Source: Anthoceros angustus (lineage: Eukaryota > Plantae > Anthocerotophyta). From it: a DNA stretch of 64,000 nt. Below, piece after piece: positions 37,700 to 49,950 of the stretch. Made by a program: the position numbers and the translations under genes. The stretch spans positions 1 to 64,000 of the forward strand of contig MU008194.1 of assembly GCA_010909165.1 (NCBI GenBank), read 5' to 3'. Positions within the stretch are counted from its first letter, which is position 1; each line of letters starts with the position of its first letter. Below the pieces are notes generated by a model. It was not told the DNA's origin, did no database searches, and was given only the letters and a program-made list of their open reading frames with translations.

Positions 37700-39881
37700 A
37701 AATTGTCCATTTCAGGAGGGTCAGGAACCACATTTGCGGTGACTGGCTGCTGTGCGGCATGGGCTAGGACATGATAGGCGTCAAGATAGCCAGGGCGCCG
37801 ACGGACTCTTGTAGATTGGCACCTCTCTGGGAGGGCGACTGCAGCAGGCAGATTTACTCTAGTGGGAGCAGCACTTGCTCTAGCTTTTGGTGCAACTGAG
37901 GAATCTGGGGCTTGGGAGATGTCCTCATCAGCACCTGCAACGACGACTTGAGGAAGCAATGGACCGGGTTGGTGCCAGGAGACTGCGCTGCCGGAGAGGC
38001 TGGAGCAGGTTCGTGCACGGGAACTCGATTTCAACCATTTCCTCCTCCACATTGCGATTGGGGAAGTCGAGGTCAGGACAGGAGCCTATGATACTACCGC
38101 TTCCTCTGAGTCAAGTCGTTCGGGACAAAGATCTTTGCATGAAATTGTAACTTGATGTGTTCGTGGATGAACGAGCTTGTATCCTTTCACACCATCAATA
38201 TATCCGACAAACAGGAGCTTTTGTGCTCGGGCATCAAATTTGCTGGTCTTGGGATCAAGGCTATGACGCTTCTCCTTAAGGATCCACGAGTAGGTGTCAG
38301 ACCCAAACACTCGAAGGTAAGTCAAGTAGGGCTCCTTCAGCTAGTCTATGTCGACCTATGCGAGCCCATGTCAACAAACTCCTTCAGAGAAGGCTACTTC
38401 ATGCCCGTAGTAGACGACATGTCTAGGATGATCCACACTTACTTCCTTCGCCTCAAGAGTGAAGCATTTCAAAAGTTTAAGGAGTTCCAAGCAATGACAG
38501 ACCTTCAAACAGGGTGCAAGCTCAAGTGTGTGGGCTCGGACGGAGGAGGAGAGTTTACGTCCGGTGAGTTCAACTCCTACCTCACAGACAGGGGCATCAC
38601 CCGTCAGGTGATTGTCCCTTATGCACATGCTCAAAATGGCATTGCGGAGAACTGTAATAGCTAATTGCACGAGATGGCTAGGACTATGTTGTCCCATCCC
38701 AACCTGATGTAGAGCCTGTCATTCTTTGTGCCGCCACACATGACTTCGTGAGGGTTGTCATAAGGACAGATCTCACATTGTTGGGACTTGAAGTGAATCT
38801 CGTACTGCTTGTCGTCCGTCAGGGTACTCAAGGACACCAAGTTCTTACTTACCCAGGGCACATGAAGCACATCTGTAAGTGATATCGTTACCTCTAGCTT
38901 GTAAAAGTAACTATGTGCAATCAATCATACTGTGGACGCCGTCCATCGCCGATCGACCCCATGTACAATCCGACATGTGTCTTGAAGCAATTCGCGTCTT
39001 CTGGGACATATGTAATGGCCTTGCCTACTAAGTACCAGGAGGCGGCCTGCTGGTGGTGGTCAGGGTGGTTATTAGAATTGCTGGTGATCTCTGCACGACT
39101 TGGGCATTTGGTGGACCTTGTCTTCTTGGCTCGCCCGCTTGCTTGGTTCGGCACTCTCGTTCATAGTGCCCTAATCTTCTGCACCAATTGCAGCTCCCTT
39201 TTCGACGGGGGTTAGGGGAGCCCTGAGAGGATGAGCTTTCTCCTCCCCTTCTTCCTTGCCAAGCTCTATTTCTCGTTTGTCTTTGTCCGTTAGGCTGGGA
39301 GGTGAATAACGCATGTGCGGGGGCTGCACTTCTGGAGGGTGCCATAGTGGAGTCCTCCTCAATGATGGCTGCGATGACCTCCGAGAGAGTCATCACTTCG
39401 CCGAGCTTGAGCTTCTGCGCGGATTGCTTGATGAGGCCATTTTGTGTGGCTACAAAGGTACGCCAACTCTAAGACAGAGTCATGAGGAGGTTATGGCCAC
39501 CTCTGTCTCCGTAAGAGTTGTGCCGCAAGACGCTAGCCTAGCTCTCAATGTTCGAAAGGTGCTAAGGTGCGACTGGATGCTGTCCCCGTCCTTATATTTA
39601 AGAAGGTGGAAGTTCCTAGTGGCAGTAGCAACGTGTTGTACGTCTGTGGCTTCGTACATCTAGCAGAAGCGTTCCCAGATACTATGAGCTGTTAGTGCAC
39701 CAAAGGTGTGGTGCACCATATCCTTATTTAGCCCTGCTATTAGGAGGTTTCTTGCTTTTATGTCAGATTTATTCCAATGATCAAGGTCTAGTCTTGCGGA
39801 GGTGGGGCACGAGAGCGATCTATTGACTATTGTCCACAAATCGACATCTTCAAGGTGCCCCTTCATCCTAGTTGACCACAC
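37700..39881 (-). mobile_element. Ty1/copia gag-protease-integrase remnant with an inverted integrase core
   Basis: Minus strand: WSTRMKGHLEDVDLW, CNWCRRLGHYEREC, VLHVPWVSKNLVS, LRVFGS..FVGYIDGVKGYKL; plus strand 38335-38706: LVYVDL..VDDMSR..SDGGGEF..QNGIAE. Confidence 0.9.
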
Positions 39882-40028
39882 GTCGTAGTCGATCCCAGTA
39901 AATTTGTCTTTTTCCTTGATTTCAATGCGGAAGGCTGAGAACGAGGGGTTATGTTGGTAATTGCTCCTCCACCGCGTATAGATCCGCCGATAGATAGATA
40001 TCTGATTGATCGTTGATCATCATTCGCG

Positions 40029-40084
40029 CCATCCCCCGAAAGACACGACCCATTGATCAATGGGTCGTGTCTTTCGGAGGATGG
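40029..40084. repeat. 56-bp loopless palindrome (42-bp perfect core, one mismatch)
   Basis: ccgaaagacacgacccattga|tcaatgggtcgtgtctttcgg centred at 40056/40057. Confidence 0.95.
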
Positions 40085-40574
40085 TAATCACAGAGTGAGC
40101 CAACTGGTGGTTTTCATTATCCACCAGCAATTTATGATATGAGCTTTCACTCGCTATCGCCTACACACACAAGCAATTTATGATCCGAGCTTTCACTCGC
40201 CATCGCCTATACACAGGCAAAAAACTCCCACAGATTGGGGCGTTCTCAACGTGGATTAGGTGCACCATTTTTTTTTTTAAACCTCCATCGACAAGGCTTT
40301 GATACTATGTCAAATTCCCTTCTTGGATGACACGTCAGGTCAATCTTGCTGGACTAGGGTCCATCACGAGCACACAAATAACGGGCACGCACAGCTGAGC
40401 GTGTGCTTGGCTTTTATTCCAGCAAGTAGATATTCTAGATACATGGCAAATTGGCCATCTCCTAGCCACACTACAGTAATCACATTTGTGCAATAACGAA
40501 GTGTCCGATCAATCCTAACACTTAGCCACCCAGAAAGTGCTCTCTTCTGAGAAATGAGGTTCCATCTTGGCCTG

Positions 40575-42295
40575 TGTGGGCTACGGACTTCCCTTGGGGG
40601 TTTGGAAATAAGTGGGGTTTTGTTTTTTTTTGTAGGTTGGAATAGTAAAATAAGGCGGAAAAGGAGGAATAAGCACGGATGGCGCTTCGGACGGGACTTC
40701 GGAGTAAGCAACGGACCACTCCGGACTAAGCAACGGACCACTCCGGACTAAGCAACGGACCACTCCGGAGTAAGCAACGGACCCGATACCACTATGGAAA
40801 CTCCGGACTACACTGAGCAAGTCCGGAGAAGTCTGCCCTGAGTATCGCTGGTAAGTCCGGACCCACTCCGGCCTAACAGGATAAGCACGGGAAAGCAACT
40901 TTGAATTGAGTCAGAGGACGGACTAGGAGGCTACGTCACCCCTCAGAGGACGAACTTCGACGGGGTCCAAGGAGAGGCGAGGAAGAAGGCCCCGGGGATA
41001 GTGCGCCACGGGACCTTGGGGCGCGTTGCCGACGACGAGGGTAGCAGCGTGAGAGGAGCACGGAGGAGCGAACGAGGGGAGCGCTGTGGCGGTAAGCACC
41101 CCCACCTCACCATGGAAGAAGGGGCCAACGAGGGGAGTCGCCTGAAGGATCGGAATGGACTGAAGGAGAGGGAGCCACTGAGGAGTCCGTGAGGAAGAAA
41201 CCGGGGCGCGAGTTCGGACTCGAGGTCCGGACCAAGGAAGACCGACCGAGGTCCTGACTGAAGGAAGACTGACCGAGGTCCGGACTAAGGAAGACGACCG
41301 AGGTCCGACCCTGTGAGACAAGGCCTCGGACCCAGCCTACCGGACTCGAATAGCGACTCAAGTTCGTGGAGTCGAGACAGACTCGAGGTCCCTGCGGCAA
41401 GAAGGAGGAGCCCCTTCGACTTACGGGGAGCAGATGGCCCCACCGGCGAGGGACCTGTGGGGAGGCTGTGGAGGATGACGTCGTAGTAACGGCGGTCGAT
41501 CACGTAGAGCCCAACCCGATGTGATTCCGGAGAGAGGAGGGCCCGCCTCACGGATCATCCGATTGGGGCGCCATCTGGCTCGGGACGGAGATTGGACCAC
41601 CATCCGGAACCCGAATCTTCCAGCCCACCAGCGAAGGAGATAGGGAGGAAATAGGATGGTAGGCGGCGATTAGGGCATCTTGAGCAATCGGCTCGAATAG
41701 AAGTGTAATAAAGGCGCCGACCTTGGGCGTAGTATAAGAGGTGAGAGCTCTAGTAAAATATCTTTCTCTTGGTGTTGATCGCGTTCTTGCGGACCTTGGC
41801 GTCTTCTTGCTAGCGAGTCACGAGTCAGCGGCGAGCCGGCGACTCGGGAGGCAGTCAAGGTCTGACGGACTTAACGTGTGGTGGTGCGTGCGGGAAGGGC
41901 GGTGAGACCCTTGTTCGTCGAGGCGGTCAGCGTCGGCCAGGGAGCGTGTGAGCCGGAGGTGCCGGAGGTGTCTGAGCCGGACGGAGGCGTGAACAGCGTA
42001 GGAGGTCTGACGTAGCCACTTGCGTTCTTTTCCAAGGTTGATAAGTGTAGAGGCGATGAGAGGAGATTTGAAAAGCAGGTGGCCGAGCAGGCGGACGAAG
42101 CGGGTCCTTAAGCGTTTGGCCACAAGGTTTGTTTGAGCGTTATAAATATGGGTGTAAGCGAAGATTGAGTGTGTTAAGGTGAAGTGGACCGAAGAAAGGT
42201 GAGAATCGGTGAGCGCGGCAAGCGGAGCTATCATTCTCTTGGGAGCGGACTCCATACCACAACGACTTGATTGTGGCGCCATCCGCCAGTCGCGC
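40575..42295. mobile_element. Repeat family X, copy 3 (internally deleted, about 1.7 kb); contains 22-bp actccggactaagcaacggacc tandem units at about 40699-40783
   Basis: TGTGGGCTACGGACTTCCC left end and GAGCGGACTCCATACCACA right end match copy 2. Confidence 0.75.
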
Positions 42296-42559
42296 CACGG
42301 CTGCAGTGGTGTACAACTACAAGAAGAATGAGCAGGCACAGATCTATCGGCCACACAATGAACAACGAACCATACTCTCTCAAGCAAGTTATTTCTAAGA
42401 ACAAGTCTAAGGACCCCGAAGAGCCATACTCTCTCAAGCAAGTCGTTTCTAAGAACAAATTCTAAGGACCCGAAGACTTGTGATTCACTGCCCCTAAAAG
42501 CCCATTTCACGAAAGTGCTATCTACTGAGAAACGAGATTCCATCTTAGCCTGCAAGAAT

Positions 42560-42990
42560 GATGTACACAGAGTGAATGGAGTGAAGGCCTAAGGCATGAG
42601 AGATTAGTGACTCTATTAATGGAGGACAACCTGCAGCAGTTGCTATTCATTGTGGATGCCATAACTACCTACTCTACTATGACGAGCTGACCGGGGCATG
42701 ACTCCTTGATCCTGATGTACACAAAGTGAATGGAGTGAAGGTCTAAGGCATGAGAGATTAGTGACTCTATTAATGGTGGACAACCTGCAGCAGTTGCTAT
42801 TCATTGTGGATGCCATAATACATGGCAGCAGAAGTAAAAGTTTGGAATTCGTGTGCAAACTACTACCTACTCTACTATGACGAGCTGACCGGGGCATGAC
42901 TCCTTCATCCTGCAAAAGCACCATATCCTTTGAACACGCTCCGAGGCTTTTGTGGTAGCGAATCTTAGATATAAACATATCCAGCATTAT
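42560..42990 (-). pseudogene. Possible PPR C-terminal remnant with an internal duplication of about 155 bp
   Basis: QDEGVMP..SARHSRV and YGIHNE recall PLS C-terminal motifs; two copies of gatgtacac..gccataa. Confidence 0.3.
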
Positions 42991-43746
42991 CTACATATCA
43001 CGCTATGAAGAAAGCAGTGAATGTAAATGAGGTGATCAAGAGTCGTGGACTTGAGAATGATATCCGGAGAACACAACAGTACAAATTGGAACTCAGAAGT
43101 ACAAAGCAGGAGGATGGATGACAAGTTGTAGAAAAAGCAGGAACATGTGGCCTTGTCCACTAACAGGAAGAGTTAGAAGCATAAAATAAAACTGGTGGGC
43201 CGAGGGAGACATCCCTGATCGCCGGAGAGGATGAACATTAGCCTGGACTGCCTTTCTTGGCGTGAAACGGATGTGGCATCCAAGCCACACCGTGAAACGC
43301 GAGCCTCGGCAGGCTTTTGTTTTCTTCTTTCCACTTCGTCGACTGATACACACACGAGCACTCTAAGTGCCTCGTTCGTAATTTCGAAAACAAAACAACT
43401 CGTCACAGCGGGAGGTGCAAGTGGAGAAAAGGAGCGGAGAAAATTTGGAGGTTAGCGAAAATTTAGTGAGAAAGTGCGAAACCAAGGAGAGATAAGAGAA
43501 CGCTATCCTGGCAAGGAAACGCAGGGGAGCAGGATTGGTGGAGGGTCCAGGGGTAAGGATAGGCCTGTCCATGCCTCATACGGTCCTCCACACTCCACTC
43601 CCTGAACTCCCGCTCCTCGGCCCATTCAATCCGTGCTCTGCTCTGCTGCCAGCGCTTGCGTCCGCTGCCATCGCCCGCTCCTCCAGCAAAGCTCAGAGCC
43701 CAGAGCCGCGCAAGGCAGCGCCGAGCAGAGCAGCCCAGACTCGGCT

Positions 43747-44346
43747 ATGGCCGCCGCAGCGTCTAGCATGGTGGGAGTGGTGGCGCCGGCCTGTGCCGCC
43801 GTCGGCTCCAGCAGCAGCAGCATCGTCGCCAGCCGCGTGCAATTAAGGCCGGTGCACGCCATGCCCGCGCGCTCCGTCCGACTGGCTGTCCGAGCTGAGG
43901 ACGCCGGTCCCGCAGAGGCCCCCGTGAAGGCGCCTCCTCCTCCTCCCGTCGGCCCCAAGCGAGGAGCCACGGTACGGGGCTGAGCAAACCCTTGCTTGGA
44001 TCTTGCGTTTCTGTTTTTGCCGAGATGCCTTGAAGTCTGATGGAAAATTGCTTCTTCTTGGTGCGTGCAGGTGAAGATCCTCCGACCGGAGTCCTACTGG
44101 TTCAACGACACCGGCAAGGTTGTCTCTGTCGACCAGGTGAGGCGTTGTCTGGTGCATTTCCTTCGGCTGGGATTGGCAAGCCTGGCTGTGGAGGTAGATG
44201 TGATGCGTTGGCCCATACTGATGTTGTGGATGTGCGTTGAGCAGGGATCGACCGTGAAGTACCCCGTGGTGGTGCGTTTCGAGAAGGTGAACTATGCCGG
44301 CATCTCCACAAACAACTACGCGTTGGACGAGGTGCTAGAAGTGTGA
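43747..44346 (+). CDS. psaE: Photosystem I reaction centre subunit IV (PsaE) with transit peptide; exons 43747-43971, 44071-44136, 44245-44346
   Basis: Spliced product ..VGPKRGAT|[22 protein letters not shown]|[33 protein letters not shown]; both introns GT-AG, phase 0; Ala/Ser-rich N-terminus. Confidence 0.97.
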
Positions 44347-44940
44347 GCACCCGCAGTGGATACGTAGGGGGAGTAGTAGTAGCAAGATTCTTGTGGCCTG
44401 TGAAGTGATCTGAGCCATTTGAGGCTTAAGACAAGCGTGTAATTGAAAGCTCGGTTGCTTCTATAGCCTGTGCAGCAGTTGGATTCTCCGGATCAAAACC
44501 CTTGGGCGCAGTTTGCCAAGACCTAGCATCTAGGTAATCCGAGAGAGGGAAGTAGCTCTGTGTGGAATGGGACTGTGTGCAGCCTCACTTGGCTTACGCT
44601 GGCAGAGCAAGGCTTTAAATCTGTACATTGAGTCAGGCCTGTGGCTGGGTAAGTGAACTTGGGACAATTTGGAAAATGATCTCCGTTCCTGAAGTAGGCA
44701 GCTGTTTTCTGCATTCGACAAGGATTTGTTCTCCGCGACCCGTCAGGATGGTCTCCCCCCACAAAGTGGAATTGTGAGGCCAGACAACATGATGAGAGCC
44801 GGCTCTAGTACGTTCTCTACCGCCTCATCACCAACCTTGCGCAGTCTACGATGTGAGGTTGGAAATGTAGCGGATGTCACCGTAGCCGACCACTCCAGCC
44901 TGCTCTCATCCAAGCCAACTCTGGGCTGCTGTGTCTCACA

Positions 44941-45210
44941 CCCAGAGCATCCTCATCCTTCGAGTTTGAGCCTTGAAGACATGCGCAGAGACTCGCCCTG
45001 AGCATTCTCATCCCTCGAGTTCGGGCCTTGAAACCTCCGCAGGAATCACCCTGAGCATCCTCATCCTTCGCGTTTGTGCCTTGAAGACATGCGCAGAGTC
45101 TCACCCTGAGCATCCTCATCCCTCGAGTTTGTGCCTTGGAAACATCAGCAGAGAATCACCCTGAGCATCCTCATCCTTCGAGTTTGTGCCTTAGAAAGCA
45201 GAGACTGTCC
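44941..45210. repeat. Minisatellite, about 5 x 55 bp (repeated again in the duplicate near 46420-46670)
   Basis: ccc(t/a)gagcat(c/t)ctcatcc at 44941, 44996, 45049, 45104, 45159. Confidence 0.9.
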
Positions 45211-45268
45211 CCAGCATCCATGTCCCAAGCATCGAGACACATGCGCAGTTTGTGCCTTGAAAAGCACA

Positions 45269-45508
45269 GGCTGACCTCCGCATTCATGGGAAGAGACTCA
45301 ACCCAGCGTTTATGCTTAGGAAAATATAAAAGGCTGACCCCAGCATTCATGGGGTGAGACTGAACCCAGCGTTTATGTTTAAGAAAATAGAAAAAGGCTG
45401 ACCCCAGCATTCTTGGGAAGCGTATGAACCCAGCGTTTATGTTTAATAAAATATAAAAAGGCTGACCCCAGCATTAGTGGAAAGAGACTAAACCCAGCGT
45501 TTCTGTTT
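45269..45508. repeat. Minisatellite, about 4 x 63-64 bp (ggctgaccccagcatt..aacccagcgttt)
   Basis: Units at about 45269, 45332, 45396, 45460. Confidence 0.9.
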
Positions 45509-45561
45509 TGCCGAGATGCCTTGAAGTCTGATGGAAAATTGCTTCTTCTTGGTGCGTGCAG

Positions 45562-45837
45562 GTGAAGATCCTCCGACCGGAGTCCTACTGGTTCAACGAC
45601 ACCGGCAAGGTTGTCTCTGTCGACCAGGTGAGGCGTTGTCTGGTGCATTTCCTTCGGCTGGGATTGGCAAGCCTGGCTGTGGAGGTAGATGTGATGCGTT
45701 GGCCCATACTGATGTTGTGGATGTGCGTTGAGCAGGGATCGACCGTGAAGTACCCCGTGGTGGTGCGTTTCGAGAAGGTGAACTATGCCGGCATCTCCAC
45801 AAACAACTACGCGTTGGACGAGGTGCTAGAAGTGTGA
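45562..45837 (+). pseudogene. psaE: Duplicate of psaE exons 2-3 lacking exon 1 and promoter
   Basis: Exon and intron-2 sequence appears identical to 44071-44346. Confidence 0.85.
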
Positions 45838-47399
45838 GCACCCGCAGTGGATACGTAGGGGAGTAGTAGTAGCAAGATTCTTGTGGCCTGTGAAGTGATC
45901 TGAGCCATTTGAGGCTTAAGACAAGCGTGTAATTGAAAGCTCGGTTGCTTCTATAGCCTGTGCAGCAGTTGGATTCTCCGGATCAAAACCCTTGGGCGCA
46001 GTTTGCCAAGACCTAGCATCTAGGTAATCCGAGAGAGTAGCTCTGTGTGGAATGGGACTGTGTGCAGCCTCACTTGGCTTACGCTGGCAGAGCAAGGCTT
46101 TAAATCTGTACATTGAGTCAGGCCTGTGGCTGGGTAAGTGAACTTGGGACAATTTGGAAAATGATCTCCGTTCCTGAAGTAGCTGTTTTCTGCATTCGAC
46201 AAGGATTTGTTCTCCGCGACCTGTCAGGATGGTCTCCCCACAAAGTGGAATTGTGAGGCCAGACAACATGATGAGCCGGCTCTAGTACGTTCTCTACCGC
46301 CTCATCACCAACCTTGCGCAGTCTACGATGTGAGGTTGGAAATGTAAGATGTCACCGTAGCCGACCACTCCAGCCTGCTCTCATCCAAGCCAACTCTGGG
46401 CTGCTGTGTCTCACACCCAGAGCATCCTCATCCTTCGAGTTTGAGCCTTGAAGACATGCGCAGAGACTCGCCCTGAGCATTCTCATCCCTCGAGTTCGGG
46501 CCTTGGAAACCTCCGCAGGAATCACCCTGAGCATCCTCATCCTTCGCGTTTGTGCCTTGAAGACATGCGCAGAGTCTCACCCTGAGCATCCTCATCCCTC
46601 GAGTTTGTGCCTTGGAAACATCAGCAGAGAATCACCCTGAGCATCCTCATCCTTCGAGTTTGTGCCTTAGAAAGCAGAGACTGTCCCCAGCATCCATGTC
46701 CCAAGCATCGAGACACATGCGCAGTTTGTGCCTTGGAAAAGCACAGGCTGACCTCCGCATTCATGGGAAGAGACTCAACCCAGCGTTTATGCTTAGGAAA
46801 ATATAAAAGGGCTGACCCCAGCATTCATGGGGTGAGACTGAACCCAGCGTTTATGTTTAAGAAAATAGAAAAAGGCTGACCCCAGCATTCTTGGGAAGCG
46901 TATGAACCCAGCGTTTATGTTTAATAAAATATAAAAAGGCTGACCCCAGCATTAGTGGAAAGAGACTAAACCCAGCGTTTCTGTTTAAGGAGAAACTACC
47001 ATATGTTACAATCGACCATATGAGTCTGACGTAAAAGTCGAACACGCAAGCTTCTTTCTGATCTGGAGTCCGCTAGAAACAATAGACAAACAATTTATTT
47101 TAAGTCCATTAAGGATGAAGATGCCGCTAGGCGACTCGATACTCCGGGCAACTTGCTCCTTGGAGTAAACTAGGCTACTAGCACTAGAGGCATTCATCTC
47201 TAGGTACTCCATCCAGGTCCCGCTTATAGTGTAGAGCACTTAACTACGATGTTTTTAAAGTATGTGTGTCCATTTGGCTTGAGCCATTTGGCTACCTTTA
47301 CTATGATTCGTGCAGGTTTATTAGCAGTAGGTTGTTTTACAATTTTGTCTTTTTAGGAATATAAAAATCTTCTCTTCTTCAGGTAAGCTCAATAACAGA

Positions 47400-49950
47400 G
47401 AGGCCCATGACAACTTCCACGCATATCACTATCCAGGTTGCACCACATGACTTGAGGAGTTGGCTTGGCAGGCTGAGCTAAGCTTGCATCATGTATACAC
47501 TATGCGCCTTTTGGAGATACCTTATTGGTCGGGGACTTTAGGACTTCCTCTCAGCAGTCCCCAATCTATGCACCGACGGACCAGCAAAAGTTATTTCCAC
47601 TTGATCTTGCTGACCATAGTCTCTAGAGAAGGTATGATGATCCGCACCAGGTCAATATTTTTGGAAGGGCTCTTCTCAACTTGGTGGAGTCCCATGGCCC
47701 ATTTATTTACAGTCTTCCTGAATGGCCCGGGAGTATGAGGATCACATGCTATGGCGTTTCAGGGCAACGTCCTGTTGTTCTTGATTATGTCATTGGAGAG
47801 GCTTCTTTTCTTTCTTCCTACACCAACTCCAGGTTTCTGACTACAAGCCTCTTGAGTCTGATCATACAAGTTGGTCCTCGCATGTGTACTCGGATACCCC
47901 TCCTAATATGCTTCAGTACCACAAATCTGATAGAGTCTGTTTTTCCCTCATTATATTCATGTTCCCCAGTACTCCTCTCTTCTGAAATGGTCCTTAGCTA
48001 CTATTCCTCTTGGTCTCCACTTCTGCCAACAAGTCAATGCCTTCATCACTGCCATGCTATCTTCTGCTCATATTGTCTTTCCTCCAAAGACTGGTAATCC
48101 TGTTAAACTCTCCAATACTGCTCCTCGTCATTCTTGGTTTGATGATGAATGCAAATGCCTTCGTTTCCTCACCCATCAATAACTCCATGCCCTTAATGTC
48201 CCACCCAAGTCTCATCATACTCCACTATATAATGAGGTTTTCAAGCCTTACAAAGCTCTTATTGCTGCCAAGAAGTCTGCTTTCTTTTTATTCCAACGCA
48301 ACCGCTTGATGAGGTTTCTTAGGGAATCTGCTGGTGATGCTGCATTTTGGAAGGAATTCCACTCTCACAGCACCATGCTCTCGCAAACATCTCCTGAGCT
48401 TATCAACTATGTGCAAACTCTAATCTTCCGGGAATCTGTTCCTTCTCCTCTCAAGTCGTAGGATCCCAAGATCAAGATGTTCGCCCCTGAGCTCATCATC
48501 TCCACCATCAACAACCTCAGGTCTGGTAGAGCCTTTGACCCTACACATATCCCGAGGGAACTCTTTCACTATGCAACTCCTACAGTTATTGCTCTTCTTT
48601 TAGCTGCTTTGTTCAATTAGGCTTTTGTCCATGGCTTTCTTGAGGAGAGGTGTGCGAATGATGTCCATTCCATCTTTAAGATTGAGGACCCACAACTCTC
48701 ATCTAACTAGCGGTATATTATGGTTGAGTCCATGTTTGCAAAACTCTTTAGCTTCTGCTTGGAACTACTCACCACTTCTTGGGCTGAGATTGCTGGCATT
48801 AAGGTAAGAGGCCTGGCTGGGTTTTGTCAAGAGCGGAATACTCAGGACAATCTTTTCACTTTCACTAGTAACTTTGAGGAGGCCAAGAGTAGGAGGAGGA
48901 GGAACATACATGTTTGTGCATATTTTGTTGATTTTAAGAGTAGGTGGAGGAAGAACATTCATGTTTATGCATGTGTTGTTGATTTTAAGAGTAGCGGGAG
49001 GAAGAACATACATGTTTATGCATGTTTTGTTGACTTTAAGAGCAAGCGGAGGAAGAACAGACATGTTTATGCATGTTTTGTTGATTTCAAGCAGGCTTTC
49101 GACTTTATCTCCCGCGAAAAGCTCTTTGTCCGGTTTCATAGGTTGGGGATGCCTACTCATCTTTTACATGCCATCTCAGTTCTTTATGATAAGGTGAAGA
49201 TCCTCACTACCCATGCTATCTTTGACATTTTGAATTTGCTTTTGTCTGAGTCTGTTGAGAGATCCATATTCTCCTAACTTATTTGGCCTGTATATTGATG
49301 AGCTGGAATCCTAGATTGCGGAGGTGATCTTAGTTGTCTTCTCTTCTTGGTATGTATCGCTATACTCTGTATGTAGATGATGTTGTGCTTTTGTCTCACT
49401 CTCACGAGGGGCCTTAAAAGCGACTTGACATATTATCCCACTTTTGTGAGGCCAGGGACTTAGGATGAACTAGAAGAAGACCAAGGTGATATTCTTCAAC
49501 AGGAAGAACCTAGTTGATAACAATTCTATAATGGCCAGCTCGTTGATATTGTTAGGTCTTATGTCTACCTGAGCGCAACTCTCTCTGGCCCGAGATTTCA
49601 GTGGAAGCTATCTGCTACCACTCGCATTATCAAGGGTGTGATATTTACATGTGGGATTCGGAGGGAATGCTCTAGGACGCACATCAAAGACATCACCACT
49701 CAGCAATGGTTGTTCAATACAATTGTTGTTCCTCTATTATGTATGTTGCGGAGTTTTGGGGCCACTATCTTCCACAGGATGATTGGAGCAAGGTGGAACA
49801 TGTTCAGACATCCTTTCTTCGGTCGCTTATTTTCTGTAAGAAGTCTATCCCCCTCGCCATCGTTTTTGCAGAGTTTGCCATTTTTCCACTTGAACTTGAG
49901 GGTCTATTTCGTCTAACCAAGTTCCTGTACTGCCTCTATTCTTTAGAGGA
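47400..49950 (+). mobile_element. Degenerate non-LTR retrotransposon (LINE; endonuclease plus RT, RTE/L2-like motifs)
   Basis: LLVGDF, DYVIG, AGFCQERNTQDNLF, FVDFKQAFD, YVDDVVL, WLFNTIVVP..YVAEFWG. Confidence 0.85.
48885..49088 (+). repeat. In-frame 4 x 51-bp tandem repeat inside the LINE RT
   Basis: Units start at 48885, 48936, 48987, 49038, each encoding KS.RR.NIHVYACFVDF-like 17-mers. Confidence 0.95.

Larger units (their letters stand above)
44005..46986. repeat. Tandem duplication of about 1.49 kb (44005-45496, 45497-46974) bounded by 12-bp GCGTTTCTGTTT
   Basis: Same 12-mer at 44005, 45497 and 46975; units colinear and nearly identical. Confidence 0.92.

Noticed and set aside
44065-44346. 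ORF-track 93-aa PsaE-like protein as a single exon
   Set aside because: Reads through the 108-nt intron 2 ([12 protein letters not shown]); GT-AG splicing gives the canonical PsaE
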